DNA of 32,000 bases, taken from NCBI GenBank assembly GCA_963704705.1, contig OY969931.1:990001-1022000 (forward strand). Direction: 5' to 3'. The stretch's first letter is position 1; each line of letters opens with the position of its first letter. Positions 30,958-32,000 of the stretch are shown here, one piece after another. Below the pieces are notes generated by a model. It made no database searches. It was not told where the DNA came from and worked only from the letters and a program-made list of their open reading frames with translations. This DNA is from an uncultured bacterium. GTDB lineage: Bacteria; Patescibacteriota; Gracilibacteria; UBA1369; PNNO01. The translations under genes were made by a program, and so were the position numbers.

Positions 30958-32000
30958 TTATTCAGAAGGTTTTTCAAGGTAACCTTCAGGGTTCTGTTTA
31001 TCGCCTTCTCCCCCAACCTGAGTTCTATAGAGTGAAAAATTGAATACCGGCATGAAAGTATTAGGCTTTATAAAGGCCTCAATTTGTTTTCGTAATTTCT
31101 GGAAAGTGCCTGTTGAATCAATTTTTGCATAATCTCTGATTGTATATTCACCATCATCAGGAATTAATATTCTGTAATAAATTCGTGCTCTTTTTCTTTT
31201 TTCAAAATCAGAACCACCCTGTAAAAGTTCAGGATTAAATATATTTGAAAGACTTAAATAATTAGAATCATGACAATCCAAAAACTCTTTAATTGTCACT
31301 GGATTTGAAGTGTCTTCAGTATATTTTACTGTTCGTGCCTCGCCATTTGAATCTAGCTGATATACAAAAGCTTCACGTGCCCACTGCCACAAATACGCGC
31401 AATTTTCATTATATTGAATCCCGTTTCGATCATCAGTAAAGCCGGCTGAAGTTGTTCCGAAACAAGAAGGCCAGTCCTCATTTGAACCAATCCATACCGG
31501 AAGATAATCTCCGATAAATTCAGTGGTAAGTTTATCAGGATTAGGGTCAAAATATTTACTGCAAACCGAACCAACCTGTGCCCCGCTGTTAATACCTGTA
31601 ATTTTCCATCTAAGCATATCAAGAACACCTTTTTGTAATGCTTCATTCAATTCAGGAACAGCATCAATAAAAAACTCAACTCTAAAATCACTCACATTTT
31701 TTACAGAAACATCTTCATTTTGAACAAATAATGGAACTGTTAATGTATCATTCAAATCAAGATATCCATAAAGGTAAGTTTTTGGATCATCCTGAGCAAG
31801 TTCTTTGTTAATTATTTCTGTGTCAACAAAAGGCATGGACTTGGCTTTATTGCCGATTGAATATTCAAAACTCAAATCTTCACCAATATTATAAGAATCA
31901 CCATTCACAATAAGTTCTCCTTTTATCATTTTATCTTCTTTTTCAAATCCAGGTAATTTTTGATGCAAATCCAAAAGCGCACTTTCAATACCTGACTCAG
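30958..32000 (-). CDS. Hypothetical protein, N-terminus probably beyond the right edge
   Basis: The track ORF 30958-31974 starts at a TTG. The frame remains open upstream to the window edge (..ESGIESALLDLHQK), so the true start is likely outside the window, or possibly the internal ATG at 31929. No family recognised. Confidence 0.55.
   Translation of the reverse strand, partial: ESGIESALLDLHQKLPGFEKEDKMIKGELIVNGDSYNIGEDLSFEYSIGNKAKSMPFVDTEIINKELAQDDPKTYLYGYLDLNDTLTVPLFVQNEDVSVKNVSDFRVEFFIDAVPELNEALQKGVLDMLRWKITGINSGAQVGSVCSKYFDPNPDKLTTEFIGDYLPVWIGSNEDWPSCFGTTSAGFTDDRNGIQYNENCAYLWQWAREAFVYQLDSNGEARTVKYTEDTSNPVTIKEFLDCHDSNYLSLSNIFNPELLQGGSDFEKRKRARIYYRILIPDDGEYTIRDYAKIDSTGTFQKLRKQIEAFIKPNTFMPVFNFSLYRTQVGGEGDKQNPEGYLEKPSE

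Noticed and set aside
1-32000. Alternative genetic code (UGA=Gly, code 25), as in some CPR-related lineages.
   Set aside because: All conserved genes (ilvC, ssb, helicase, pilT, metG, dus and others) are full length under the standard code with no internal TGA breaks. The TGA at 13478 is followed immediately by TAA, so recoding would not rescue that ORF.
1-32000. CRISPR arrays, tRNA/rRNA genes, transposases, integrases and prophage boundaries.
   Set aside because: The only intergenic regions longer than 100 nt are 995-1248 (~250 nt) and the decayed stretch between 13880 and 14011. Neither shows direct-repeat/spacer periodicity or cloverleaf-compatible GC-rich stems. No ORF shows DDE, tyrosine or serine recombinase motifs.

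Overview
This is an AT-rich, very tightly packed bacterial chromosomal window with about 40 protein genes. I found no rRNA, tRNA, CRISPR array, transposase or integrase. The standard genetic code fits, and TAA is the stop at every gene end I inspected apart from two TAG stops and the TGA of the disrupted ORF at 13480. Recognisable Shine-Dalgarno motifs are almost absent.

The gene content includes an EndoQ-type PHP nuclease, PilT, an SLH protein, arrays of small two-helix pilin-like proteins, many lineage-specific secreted proteins and isolated biosynthetic genes. This suggests an uncultivated small-genome lineage such as CPR/Patescibacteria, but that placement is inference only.

Housekeeping and recognisable genes:
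- a partial methyltransferase
- ilvH-ssb-ilvC
- rhodanese, TspO and an MFS transporter
- a kinase-like/dCMP-deaminase fusion
- a histidine phosphatase-EndoQ-UvrD/PcrA helicase operon
- a PfkB kinase, a YhhQ-type transporter and rpmB
- ftsQ-sbp, dus and metG

Most interesting regions:
1. A pilT gene is co-oriented with, and essentially fused to, five tandem paralogous genes at 25.2-29.4 kb. These encode secreted proteins that all end in a VirB2/TrbC-like two-helix hairpin. Two of them carry cysteine-rich CGNG..GE.CDDG modules.
2. A three-gene secreted or surface-protein operon lies at 15.4-19.1 kb behind a near-consensus promoter and next to an SLH-domain protein. It contains two paralogs built from ~50-aa repeats.
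3. A 660-bp patch at 13.45-14.11 kb concentrates every gene-disrupting lesion in the window. It holds a decayed class III nucleotidyl-cyclase domain and a frameshifted DUF1622 gene.
4. An EndoQ nuclease is translationally coupled to an SF1 helicase.

All family assignments come from reading motifs by eye. No database search was run.
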